Positions 37,277 to 51,200 of a DNA stretch of 64,000 bases are shown in pieces. The notes beneath the pieces are model-generated. The model saw only the letters and a list, made by a program, of their open reading frames with translations. It ran no database searches and was not told where the DNA came from. This stretch comes from Saccostrea cucullata (lineage: Eukaryota): the NCBI RefSeq assembly GCF_032062105.1, contig NW_026939914.1, positions 1-64,000 on the forward strand, written 5' to 3'. A program made the position numbers and the translations under genes. Every line of letters starts with the position of its first letter. Position 1 is the first letter of the stretch.

Positions 37277-39232
37277 GAATGGATTTATGGATTAAAGGTC
37301 AATAGGTCACTCTCTACCATCAGGTCATACATTCACTGTATGCATAAGGAAGGAACCAACAATTAATTTGTAAGGGATACTAAGTATTTCAAATGAGAGC
37401 TTTACATTTAAAAGGATATAGGTAAAAACTTCAGGTTTCCTTGAAACTGGAAACGGTGAAATTTCTCAAAACCGATTGAAAGGAATAACATTGGTTTTAC
37501 TTGAATTTTTAAAAGCCTGTTTTTAAGAAAGTCAGTCAATGATAATACTGATGGTTTGCACTTATTGAAATGTCTGAGTTTACAAAGCCATCCAATGTCT
37601 GCATTGTCAGACCATGCATCTGCTAAAACCTGCATTGATGAATTGTCCAATGCACACATTGAAAGACCGTGGTCCCGGCTAATTTCTACATTGTAATACA
37701 TGTCCTGTATTGAGATGCGTGAAAGCTGACCTGAGTCTTGCATTAACTAATTTTTTTTCCTCAAATTGACTGATTCACTGCATAGAGGAATGTTGAAAAG
37801 CAAAGCGTTTATTATCTGCATTTAGATGTTCACACTTATTAAACATTGTATCAATGCAGATCTGAATGTTGAACATTAAAAACAACTTGGATAAAATCAC
37901 CTTAAACTTGAAACGAAATACATGGAGATGACAAACAGTATTCAAACTCGAAAGTCCATTAAACAATACAATCAGGACCAGAGCAAATACGGACATCTAA
38001 AAACATGGAAAAAGGTGATATCAGGTACCACAACGGAGTGAGCATCCCCTGCGGATCGTTAACCCTTCCGTGTGCTCCTTTAATGATCTGTAAATAACGG
38101 GAAAGTCTGTCGACAATTTAGTGTATAAATAATGGCCAAATAATTAGCATTTCGCAAACTTTGTTTCTTAAAAAACATTCTGATTGTACGAACAAGTAAT
38201 CTGAAGCTGACATTGAAAAGATGTTTGAGTTTCTGATTGACAATATCTAAGTTGTTTTTGGAGACCAGGTCCTCCAACAATTTATTGGAATTCCCATGGG
38301 AATCAACTGCGCCCCTTATTAATATACTTATTTGTATTATGATGTGGAATTTGTCCAAAGTCTAATGCGTGAAAAGTAGAGTAAACCTGCTGTGGCCTTC
38401 AACTCGACGTTAAAGCTGAACACTACACGTAAAAAGGCATAGTCCGCCGTGTTTCCCGTTCATCAACGCTCTCCCTACAACCCCTATATAAGGAGAAGTA
38501 CAGTTACAGTTAAATGTATTTCGCTGTAGTGGTCAGACGAGTGTAGACGTACATCTTGCACTGCTGTGCTACTCGGTCGCGATGGAGTTATCAAATTTTA
38601 ATCATTTTATTCCAAAACAAGACAAAATATCATGAAAAATACAGGTCAATACATTATTCACAAACAGTAAATGCGCATAAAAACAGGGAATAAACGCAAA
38701 AAATTTAAGACCAAAAAATGGATACTACATGTCGGCCACGAGTTTCGAGTGTGCAATCGAGTGTAACAAAATCAAAGGGTTTCTATACACGTCTGACGGT
38801 GCCTATTTATTGATATTTAATGACATTAAATTATTATTTATACACAAATTGTCTTTTCTAGCCTTTGTGACTGAACTAAATTTGTTGCATTTTATTTTTT
38901 TATGTAATCAGGATGTGTTTCTATAAATAGTTTTTGTTTATGGGGTATTTTTTGGATTGACCAATAAGAAAAGAGTAGCCAGGGGCATTGATGCCTAGAG
39001 GGGGAGTCTGGCAATTGCAGTTGGAGCCTGGAAGTCACGGACTATTGTGCAGAAGCTATTATCTTCGATTTCCTCTACCATTCACAAAATGGATTACTTT
39101 TAAAACCTGTTATGCGTGTGTATTAGATGTTTTTATATGTTATAGGAACTTTTGACGTTTATATGTAGTGTTTCTGAGACGAATTCGACTGACTTTGTGT
39201 TTCATAATAATAACGTTACGTAACTTCGTAAG

Positions 39233-42200
39233 ATGGGACCTAAACGATCCACAAGACCTGCCCCGTATGATCCAGAACTCCCCGCAAACTGGCATGTTTC
39301 CCGATTGAAAGAGTTTTTGAATAATCGCGGAATAAACTTCCCACAGACCGCACGTAGATCAGTGTTGATACGTCTAGTGGAACAAGAGTATATTAATAGA
39401 ACAGAGACAAGTGCGCGATCCCAGAGTTCCGTGCAGCACAACAACAATGGCGGCGGTCGAGAACTAATAGACATTGTCACGAAGCTGACCTCTACGGTAC
39501 AGAACTTACAGCAGAATGTAATTAGTTTGACTTCCAGAGTTAACACCTTGACCTCGACGTCTCTATCTACTGATGTGAACTCGAGACCCAGCGAAATTAC
39601 AAATACACCGCTGCCAAATTCCACGATCACAACGCCGACGGTGAATCCAACTGTAAGTGTAACAACAGCTCTAGATCCTAGCAGCGGACAAAATGTGGCC
39701 ACTACAGAAATATCAAACAATTTCAACATTTCGTCAGCTATTACGGCCATGCAGACTTCAACACCACGCATTGTATCGGCGGCGGCCGGATCTGAAGCTC
39801 AACTGGGCAGGCCCGATTACACTAGGACTAGATATGGCTACGCGGCAGAATCTCTCCCCTTAGTGGAGACGATCTCTCCCCAACTAAGACAGCAGATAAC
39901 GGCAGGTAAGGATGTTAATCTTGCCGCCTTATTAATTCCCTATTATGCTCCTACTACAGAAGACAAAGCCACCGACAAAAAAACGGATTATAGGCTTTGT
40001 TAAAGTGAAATTTTGTGTGAAATTGTTTGTATAATTAATGCTTGATTTATATTATCTTAATCTTGTTGATTTGTAGTAATTGCTCTAAGCTGCAGACTGC
40101 AGTGATCTGTTTATGTGAAAAGGTCTTGACCGCTCATTAAGATTTGGCTGTGAAATTTAGCTCTTGTATCAGCATTGCTGACTTTTATCACCCGAGTCTC
40201 AGGGGGATTGAATGTCCGAAGTGCTGGCCATGAGAAAATGCAGAATTCATAGTGTTCACAATTAACGGGTTAATTTAGCAGTGATTGGCAGTCTGTAGGT
40301 TGGGCAGTTCTTAATATTTAGCGTAGAATTTGTGTGTTCAATTAGTTACTCAGTCGGGTCCTGTGTGTAAAGTGTTACACGGGAATACAAAATAAACTTT
40401 GTTGGAAACTTTGGGCATTTTTATTTAAAAAACAGAAAGTTTCTGTGTAACATTTTAAGTGGTGGCAGCGGTAAAGGATCCTAATTAAATGTGAAATATT
40501 GTTTGAAATTTTATATATATTTGGATTTAACAAGTGGAAATAAAATGCCTAGGAAACAGGACTTGAATTGGAATTACAACTTTCTAAACAAAACCAGGAA
40601 CATGAATTGCGTTTAAAAACACTTGAATTGGAACATGAAAAAGAAATTTTGGAATTACGTGTTCAGATAGAGAAGGCCAATTCAACACCAGGAGCACATT
40701 CGACAGGAATTCCAAAAATTAAACTTCAACCATTTAATCAGGAAAAGGATGACATTTTGTGCTATCTCTCTGAATTTGATGCGGTAGCTGAGCATGCAGG
40801 TTGGACTGAGAACTCAAAGGCTTTACAGCTTAGGTCACTTTTAACCGGAGAAGCTCGAGAAGTGTCGCAGCAAGTGACTTCGGGATACAGAGATCTGTAT
40901 AAGGCTCTTTTGAATCGATTCGGCAAGCGCCCAGCAGACTACTTTCAGTTCCTGGAGGAAATTAAACGTAGACCAGGAGAAACTTACAGAGGATTAATGT
41001 CGAGAATAGATCTGTATTTGAGTTGTTTCATTGATGAGAAAGATCCCGTACAAAAGTTCCGAGAAGAGTATTTCTTAAAGGCGTTATCTCCTCAACAAGC
41101 CCAGTGGATTAGACGGAATAAGGGAAGTAGTGAGTTAGTTGAAGCTGCTGAGGATTACATTCTACTAACAAAATCGGCTGAGGACAGAAAACTTCAAAAT
41201 CCTAAAGTGTTAGGTGAGAAGAAGAGCCAGGAACAGGGGAACTCCGGAAAACAGAAAAGTTTGGAAAAAGTGAAATGTTTTAGCTGTGGGAACTTTGGAC
41301 ATTATGCAAACAAATGCCCAAAGAAAGGTAATCTAGCGTCGTGTTTCGTGAAAGGAGCATTATGGGGTTTACATTATGTTCCGGGGAAAGTGGATGATGT
41401 GGAAGTGTCAATGGTCAAGGACACTGGAACATCTATGACGCTATTGCGGGAGGATCTTGTTGATCCAAAATGTGTTCTACATGGACAAACTACTTCCTTG
41501 GTTACAGCTATTGGACAGCCATTCGAGGCTAAGTTAGCAGTGGTTAACCTGGAAACACCAATGTTTAAGGGACATGTTCAGGTAGGTTTAGTACCTGATC
41601 TGGTTGCAGATGGTTTATTGGGAATAGATGTTCTGGAGAGGAACAAAGTCGCAGGTGTGGTTACGAGAGCCAAAGCAAAAGAACAAGAACAAAATGAAGT
41701 AAATGCCAAAAATCGCATGAATAAATGTGATGTCGAACCAAGGGACTTAAATGTCGTGGTAACTAAGGATGAGGCTGATGAAGTGAACCTTGATTTACCG
41801 GAAATTACATTACTGGCAGCAGCAGAAAATGAAATTGGAATTGAACAGCAATTTCCTAACGACACCACAGAAACAATTTCAGATCTTGTCTTTTGACATG
41901 GGCTGACACAAGTGCAGAGACAGAGTTTAAGGGATGTTTGTCAGAAATTTTCAAGAATTTTCACATCAAAGCCAGGAAAGTGTGATGTTATCTCACATAC
42001 AATCAGAACAACGTCTGAGAATCCAATTACTCAGAGACCTTACAGGATACCGGAAGCTAAGAAACAGGAAGTGAAGGAGTCTTTGAATGAAATATTAGAA
42101 CAAGGACTTATTACACCATCCAAAAGTCCGTGGGCCTCACCAATTGTCCTTGTCAACAAGCCTGATGGGACAATTAGAATATGTGTTGATTACAGAAAAT

Positions 42201-45200
42201 TGAATGAAATAACTCTCACGGATCCTTATCCCATTCCACGCATGAGTGAAATATTTGAGAAAATTGGAAGTGCAAAATATTTGAGTAGATTTGATCTTAC
42301 AAAAGGCTACTGGCAAGTTCCTCTGGCAAAGGAAACACGTGAGAAATCCGCCTTCATCACCCCATTTGGCCTTTTCGAGTTTACAGTGATGCCGTTTGGT
42401 ATGAAGACGTCTCCAGCATCATTCATAAGACTTATGGATCGTATTTTAGATGGAACTCAAAATACTGTTGCGTACTTTGATGACATAATTGTCTACAGTC
42501 AGACGTGGGAAGACCATATCAAACATGTAACAGAGCTACTTCAGCGTATTCATGAGGCCAATCTTACCATCAGACCATCAAAATGTAAGTTGGGAGCAAC
42601 AGAAATCATGTGTTTGGGACATATAGTTGGAGGGGGATCAATTCGACCAGACCCTCGGAAATTGAAGGCCATGGAGGATTTTCCGCTTCCCTTGACAAAG
42701 AAAGAATTAAGATCATTCTTGGGGCTAACTGGATACTATCGCCAGTATTTAGGAAATTATGCGGACATAACTGTACCACTGACTGATCTACTGAGAAAAA
42801 GTCAACCCGCAGAATTAAAATGGACGGAGAGGGAAGTGCAGTCATTCAAGAAACTGAAGGAGGCCCTGATGACAGCTCCTGTTTTGGTCAATCCGAACTT
42901 CAATTTACCGTTTGTACTACAAACAGATGCGAGTAATAACGCAATTGGGGCTGTCCTGAGCCAACAGTTGCCAGATGGTGATCACCCAGTTGCTTACCTT
43001 AGTAAGTAGTAAGAAGTTACTTCCGAGGGAAAAGAATTATTCAACGATAGAGAAGGAATTATTGGCTATCGTTTGGGCCATTGGATCGTTCTCGTATTAC
43101 CTAGAACGGAGGAAGTTTTACGTAGAAACAGATCACAATCCACTAACATGGTTGCAGAATGATAATAAAGAATAAAAATCAGAGACTTTTACGTTGGGCC
43201 CTCGCACTACAATCGTACACCTTTGAAGTTAGATATAAGAGAGGAAGCAAAAACACAAATGCAGACGAATTATCAAGAATCTGAAAAGTGAAATGTGTTT
43301 GTGAATTATGGGCAATTTTTGTGAAAATTTTATATTCATAAAATTCAAGTGCATTCAGTTTGGATTTACAGTGAAATTCATTTTGGATTTATATTATTCT
43401 TTTGATGATTAATTGCTATTAACTGTTTAATACTTATTTAGTGACTGGCTAAAGTGAATTTAGTGACTGGTTAAATTTAATGTTGCTATATAAAGAATTA
43501 TGAACTTGGAAAAAATTCAACTATTGACAGTTAAATTTTTATCTTTGGAAGGGAGGTGTTAAAGTGAAATTTTGTGTGAAATTGTTTGTATAATTAATGC
43601 TTGATTTATATTATCTTAATCTTGTTGATTTGTAGTAATTGCTCTAAGCTGCAGACTGCAGTGATCTGTCTATGTGAAAAGGTCTTGACCGCTCATTAAG
43701 ATTTGGCTGGGAAATTTAGCTCTTGTATCAGCATTGCTGACTTTTATCACCCGAGTCTCAGGGGGATTGAATGTCCGAAGTGCTGGCCATGAGAAAATGC
43801 AGAATTCATAGTGTTCACAATTAACGGGTTAATTTAGCAGTGATTGGCAGTCTGTAGGTTGGGCAGTTCTTAATATTTAGCGTAGAATTTGTGTGTTCAA
43901 TTAGTTACTCAGTCGGGTCCTGTGTGTAAAGTGTTACACGGGAATACAAAATAAACTTTGTTGGAAACTTTGGGCGTTTTTATTTAAAAACAGAAAGTTT
44001 CGGTGTAACATTTTAAGTGGTGGCAGCGGTAAAGGATCCTAATTAAATGTGAAATATTGTTTGAAATTTTATATATATTTGGATTTAACAAGTGGAAATA
44101 AAATGCCTAGGAAACAGGACTTGGAATTGGAATTACAACTTTCTAAACAAAAACAGGAACATGAATTGCGTTTAAAAACACTTGAATTGGAACATGAAAA
44201 AGAAATTTTGGAATTACGTGTTCAGATAGAGAAGGCCAATTCAACACCAGGAGCACATTCGACAGGAATTCCAAAAATTAAACTTCAACCATTTAATCAG
44301 GAAAAGGATGACATTTTGTGCTATCTCTCTGAATTTGATGCGGTAGCTGAGCATGCAGGTTGGACTGAGAACTCAAAGGCTTTACAGCTTAGGTCACTTT
44401 TAACCGGAGAAGCTCGAGAAGTGTCGCAGCAAGTGACTTCGGGATACAGAGATCTGTATAAGGCTCTTTTGAATCGATTCGGCAAGCGCCCAGCAGACTA
44501 CTTTCAGTTCCTGGAGGAAATTAAACGTAGACCAGGAGAAACTTACAGAGGATTAATGTCGAGAATAGATCTGTATTTGAGTTGTTTCATTGATGAGAAA
44601 GATCCCGTACAAAAGTTCCGAGAAGAGTATTTCTTAAAGGCGTTATCTCCTCAACAAGCCCAGTGGATTAGACGGAATAAGGGAAGTAGTGAGTTAGTTG
44701 AAGCTGCTGAGGATTACATTCTACTAACAAAATCGGCCGAGGACAGAAAACTTCAAAATCCTAAAGTGTTAGGTGAGAAGAAGAGCCAGGAACAGGGGAA
44801 CTCCGGAAAACAGAAAAGTTTGGAAAAAGTGAAATGTTTTAGCTGTGGGAACTTTGGACATTATGCAAACAAATGCCCAAAGAAAGGTAATCTAGCGTCG
44901 TGTTTCGTGAAAGGAGCATTATGGGGTTTACATTATGTTCCGGGGAAAGTGGATGATGTGGAAGTGTCAATGGTCAAGGACACTGGAACATCTATGACGC
45001 TATTGCGGGAGGATCTTGTTGATCCAAAATGTGTTCTACATGGACAAACTACTTCCTTGGTTACAGCTATTGGACAGCCATTCGAGGCTAAGTTAGCAGT
45101 GGTTAACCTGGAAACACCAATGTTTAAGGGACATGTTCAGGTAGGTTTAGTACCTGATCTGGTTGCAGATGGTTTATTGGGAATAGATGTTCTGGAGAGG

Positions 45201-48200
45201 AACAAAGTCGCAGGTGTGGTTACGAGAGCCAAAGCAAAAGAACAAGAACAAAATGAAGTAAATGCCAAAAATCGCATGAATAAATGTGATGTCGAACCAA
45301 GGGACTTAAATGTCGTGGTAACTAAGGATGAGGCTGATGAAGTGAACCTTGATTTACCGGAAATTACATTACTGGCAGCAGCAGAAAATGAAATTGGAAT
45401 TGAACAGCAATTTCCTAACGACACCACAGAAACAATTTCAGATCTTGTCTTTTGACATGGGCTGACACAAGTGCAGAGACAGAGTTTAAGGGATGTTTGT
45501 CAGAAATTTTCAAGAATTTTCACATCAAAGCCAGGAAAGTGTGATGTTATCTCACATACAATCAGAACAACGTCTGAGAATCCAATTACTCAGAGACCTT
45601 ACAGGATACCGGAAGCTAAGAAACAGGAAGTGAAGGAGTCTTTGAATGAAATATTAGAACAAGGACTTATTACACCATCCAAAAGTCTGTGGGCCTCACC
45701 AATTGTCCTTGTCAACAAGCCTGATGGGACAATTAGAATATGTGTTGATTACAGAAAATTGAATGAAATAACTCTCACGGATCCTTATCCCATTCCACGC
45801 ATGAGTGAAATATTTGAGAAAATTGGAAGTGCAAAATATTTGAGTAGATTTGATCTTACAAAAGGCTACTGGCAAGTTCCTCTGGCAAAGGAAACACGTG
45901 AGAAATCCGCCTTCATCACCCCATTTGGCCTTTTCGAGTTTACAGTGATGCCGTTTGGTATGAAGACGTCTCCAGCATCATTCATAAGACTTATGGATCG
46001 TATTTTAGATGGAACTCAAAATACTGTTGCGTACTTTGATGACATAATTGTCTACAGTCAGACGTGGGAAGACCATATCAAACATGTAACAGAGCTACTT
46101 CAGCGTATTCATGAGGCCAATCTTACCATCAGACCATCAAAATGTAAGTTGGGAGCAACAGAAATCATGTGTTTGGGACATATAGTTGGAGGGGGATCAA
46201 TTCGACCAGACCCTCGGAAATTGAAGGCCATGGAGGATTTTCCGCTTCCCTTGACAAAGAAAGAATTAAGATCATTCTTGGGGCTAACTGGATACTATCG
46301 CCAGTATTTAGGAAATTATGCGGACATAACTGTACCACTGACTGATCTACTGAGAAAAAGTCAACCCGCAGAATTAAAATGGACGGAGAGGGAAGTGCAG
46401 TCATTCAAGAAACTGAAGGAGGCCCTGATGACAGCTCCTGTTTTGGTCAATCCGAACTTCAATTTACCGTTTGTACTACAAACAGATGCGAGTAATAACG
46501 CAATTGGGGCTGTCCTGAGCCAACAGTTGCCAGATGGTGATCACCCAGTTGCTTACCTTAGTAAGTAGTAAGAAGTTACTTCCGAGGGAAAAGAATTATT
46601 CAACGATAGAGAAGGAATTATTGGCTATCGTTTGGGCCATTGGATCGTTCTCGTATTACCTAGAACGGAGGAAGTTTTACGTAGAAACAGATCACAATCC
46701 ACTAACATGGTTGCAGAATGATAATAAAGAATAAAAATCAGAGACTTTTACGTTGGGCCCTCGCACTACAATCGTACACCTTTGAAGTTAGATATAAGAG
46801 AGGAAGCAAAAACACAAATGCAGACGAATTATCAAGAATCTGAAAAGTGAAATGTGTTTGTGAATTATGGGCAATTTTTGTGAAAATTTTATATTCATAA
46901 AATTCAAGTGCATTCAGTTTGGATTTACAGTGAAATTCATTTTGGATTTATATTATTCTTTTGATGATTAATTGCTATTAACTGTTTAATACTTATTTAG
47001 TGACTGGCTAAAGTGAATTTAGTGACTGGTTAAATTTAATGTTGCTATATAAAGAATTATGAACTTGGAAAAAATTCAACTATTGACAGTTAAATTTTTA
47101 TCTTTGGAAGGGAGGTGTTAAAGTGAAATTTTGTGTGAAATTGTTTGTATAATTAATGCTTGATTTATATTATCTTAATCTTGTTGATTTGTAGTAATTG
47201 CTCTAAGCTGCAGACTGCAGTGATCTGTCTATGTGAAAAGGTCTTGACCGCTCATTAAGATTTGGCTGTGAAATTTAGCTCTTGTATCAGCATTGCTGAC
47301 TTTTATCACCCGAGTCTCAGGGGGATTGAATGTCCGAAGTGCTGGCCATGAGAAAATGCAGAATTCATAGTGTTCACAATTAACGGGTTAATTTAGCAGT
47401 GATTGGCAGTCTGTAGGTTGGGCAGTTCTTAATATTTAGCGTAGAATTTGTGTGTTCAATTAGTTACTCAGTCGGGTCCTGTGTGTAAAGTGTTACACGG
47501 GAATACAAAATAAACTTTGTTGGAAACTTTGGGCGTTTTTATTTAAAAACAGAAAGTTTCGGTGTAACATTTTAAGTGGTGGCAGCGGTAAAGGATCCTA
47601 ATTAAATGTGAAATATTGTTTGAAATTTTATATATATTTGGATTTAACAAGTGGAAATAAAATGCCTAGGAAACAGGACTTGGAATTGGAATTACAACTT
47701 TCTAAACAAAAACAGGAACATGAATTGCGTTTAAAAACACTTGAATTGGAACATGAAAAAGAAATTTTGGAATTACGTGTTCAGATAGAGAAGGCCAATT
47801 CAACACCAGGAGCACATTCGACAGGAATTCCAAAAATTAAACTTCAACCATTTAATCAGGAAAAGGATGACATTTTGTGCTATCTCTCTGAATTTGATGC
47901 GGTAGCTGAGCATGCAGGTTGGACTGAGAACTCAAAGGCTTTACAGCTTAGGTCACTTTTAACCGGAGAAGCTCGAGAAGTGTCGCAGCAAGTGACTTCG
48001 GGATACAGAGATCTGTATAAGGCTCTTTTGAATCGATTCGGCAAGCGCCCAGCAGACTACTTTCAGTTCCTGGAGGAAATTAAACGTAGACCAGGAGAAA
48101 CTTACAGAGGATTAATGTCGAGAATAGATCTGTATTTGAGTTGTTTCATTGATGAGAAAGATCCCGTACAAAAGTTCCGAGAAGAGTATTTCTTAAAGGC

Positions 48201-51200
48201 GTTATCTCCTCAACAAGCCCAGTGGATTAGACGGAATAAGGGAAGTAGTGAGTTAGTTGAAGCTGCTGAGGATTACATTCTACTAACAAAATCGGCCGAG
48301 GACAGAAAACTTCAAAATCCTAAAGTGTTAGGTGAGAAGAAGAGCCAGGAACAGGGGAACTCCGGAAAACAGAAAAGTTTGGAAAAAGTGAAATGTTTTA
48401 GCTGTGGGAACTTTGGACATTATGCAAACAAATGCCCAAAGAAAGGTAATCTAGCGTCGTGTTTCGTGAAAGGAGCATTATGGGGTTTACATTATGTTCC
48501 GGGGAAAGTGGATGATGTGGAAGTGTCAATGGTCAAGGACACTGGAACATCTATGACGCTATTGCGGGAGGATCTTGTTGATCCAAAATGTGTTCTACAT
48601 GGACAAACTACTTCCTTGGTTACAGCTATTGGACAGCCATTCGAGGCTAAGTTAGCAGTGGTTAACCTGGAAACACCAATGTTTAAGGGACATGTTCAGG
48701 TAGGTTTAGTACCTGATCTGGTTGCAGATGGTTTATTGGGAATAGATGTTCTGGAGAGGAACAAAGTCGCAGGTGTGGTTACGAGAGCCAAAGCAAAAGA
48801 ACAAGAACAAAATGAAGTAAATGCCAAAAATCGCATGAATAAATGTGATGTCGAACCAAGGGACTTAAATGTCGTGGTAACTAAGGATGAGGCTGATGAA
48901 GTGAACCTTGATTTACCGGAAATTACATTACTGGCAGCAGCAGAAAATGAAATTGGAATTGAACAGCAATTTCCTAACGACACCACAGAAACAATTTCAG
49001 ATCTTGTCTTTTGACATGGGCTGACACAAGTGCAGAGACAGAGTTTAAGGGATGTTTGTCAGAAATTTTCAAGAATTTTCACATCAAAGCCAGGAAAGTG
49101 TGATGTTATCTCACATACAATCAGAACAACGTCTGAGAATCCAATTACTCAGAGACCTTACAGGATACCGGAAGCTAAGAAACAGGAAGTGAAGGAGTCT
49201 TTGAATGAAATATTAGAACAAGGACTTATTACACCATCCAAAAGTCCGTGGGCCTCACCAATTGTCCTTGTCAACAAGCCTGATGGGACAATTAGAATAT
49301 GTGTTGATTACAGAAAATTGAATGAAATAACTCTCACGGATCCTTATCCCATTCCACGCATGAGTGAAATATTTGAGAAAATTGGAAGTGCAAAATATTT
49401 GAGTAGATTTGATCTTACAAAAGGCTACTGGCAAGTTCCTCTGGCAAAGGAAACACGTGAGAAATCCGCCTTCATCACCCCATTTGGCCTTTTCGAGTTT
49501 ACAGTGATGCCGTTTGGTATGAAGACGTCTCCAGCATCATTCATAAGACTTATGGATATTTTAGATGGAACTCAAAATACTGTTGCGTACTTTGATGACA
49601 TAATTGTCTACAGTCAGACGTGGGAAGACCATATCAAACATGTAACAGAGCTACTTCAGCGTATTCATGAGGCCAATCTTACCATCAGACCATCAAAATG
49701 TAAGTTGGGAGCAACAGAAATCATGTGTTTGGGACATATAGTTGGAGGGGGATCAATTCGACCAGACCCTCGGAAATTGAAGGCCATGGAGGATTTTCCG
49801 CTTCCCTTGACAAAGAAAGAATTAAGATCATTCTTGGGGCTAACTGGATACTATCGCCAGTATTTAGGAAATTATGCGGACATAACTGTACCACTGACTG
49901 ATCTACTGAGAAAAAGTCAACCCGCAGAATTAAAATGGACGGAGAGGGAAGTGCAGTCATTCAAGAAACTGAAGGAGGCCCTGATGACAGCTCCTGTTTT
50001 GGTCAATCCGAACTTCAATTTACCGTTTGTACTACAAACAGATGCGAGTAATAACGCAATTGGGGCTGTCCTGAGCCAACAGTTGCCAGATGGTGATCAC
50101 CCAGTTGCTTACCTTAGTAAGTAGTAAGAAGTTACTTCCGAGGGAAAAGAATTATTCAACGATAGAGAAGGAATTATTGGCTATCGTTTGGGCCATTGGA
50201 TCGTTCTCGTATTACCTAGAACGGAGGAAGTTTTACGTAGAAACAGATCACAATCCACTAACATGGTTGCAGAATGATAATAAAGAATAAAAATCAGAGA
50301 CTTTTACGTTGGGCCCTCGCACTACAATCGTACACCTTTGAAGTTAGATATAAGAGAAGAAGCAAAAACACAAATGCAGACGAATTATCAAGAATCTGAA
50401 AAGTGAAATGTGTTTGTGAATTATGGGCAATTTTTGTGAAAATTTTATATTCATAAAATTCAAGTGCATTCAGTTTGGATTTACAGTGAAATTCATTTTG
50501 GATTTATATTATTCTTTTGATGATTAATTGCTATTAACTGTTTAATACTTATTTAGTGACTGGCTAAAGTGAATTTAGTGACTGGTTAAATTTAATGTTG
50601 CTATATAAAGAATTATGAACTTGGAAAAAATTCAACTATTGACAGTTAAATTTTTATCTTTGGAAGGGAGGTGTTAAAGTGAAATTTTGTGTGAAATTGT
50701 TTGTATAATTAATGCTTGATTTATATTATCTTAATCTTGTTGATAACGGCAGGTAAGGATGTTAATCTTGCCGCCTTATTAATTCCCTATTATGCTCCTA
50801 CTACAGAAGACAAAGCCACCGACAAAAAAACGGATTATAGGCTTTGTTAAAGTGAAATTTTGTGTGAAATTGTTTGTATAATTAATGCTTGATTTATATT
50901 ATCTTAATCTTGTTGATTTGTAGTAATTGCTCTAAGCTGCAGACTGCAGTGATCTGTTTATGTGAAAAGGTCTTGACCGCTCATTAAGATTTGGCTGTGA
51001 AATTTAGCTCTTGTATCAGCATTGCTGACTTTTATCACCCGAGTCTCAGGGGGATTGAATGTCCGAAGTGCTGGCCATGAGAAAATGCAGAATTCATAGT
51101 GTTCACAATTAACGGGTTAATTTAGCAGTGATTGGCAGTCTGTAGGTTGGGCAGTTCTTAATATTTAGCGTAGAATTTGTGTGTTCAATTAGTTACTCAG

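Noticed and set aside
41894-41912. Programmed stop-codon readthrough between Gypsy gag-protease and RT
   Set aside because: The TGA is in frame but lies after the protease, in a copy with several other shared lesions. A nonsense mutation is the simpler explanation.
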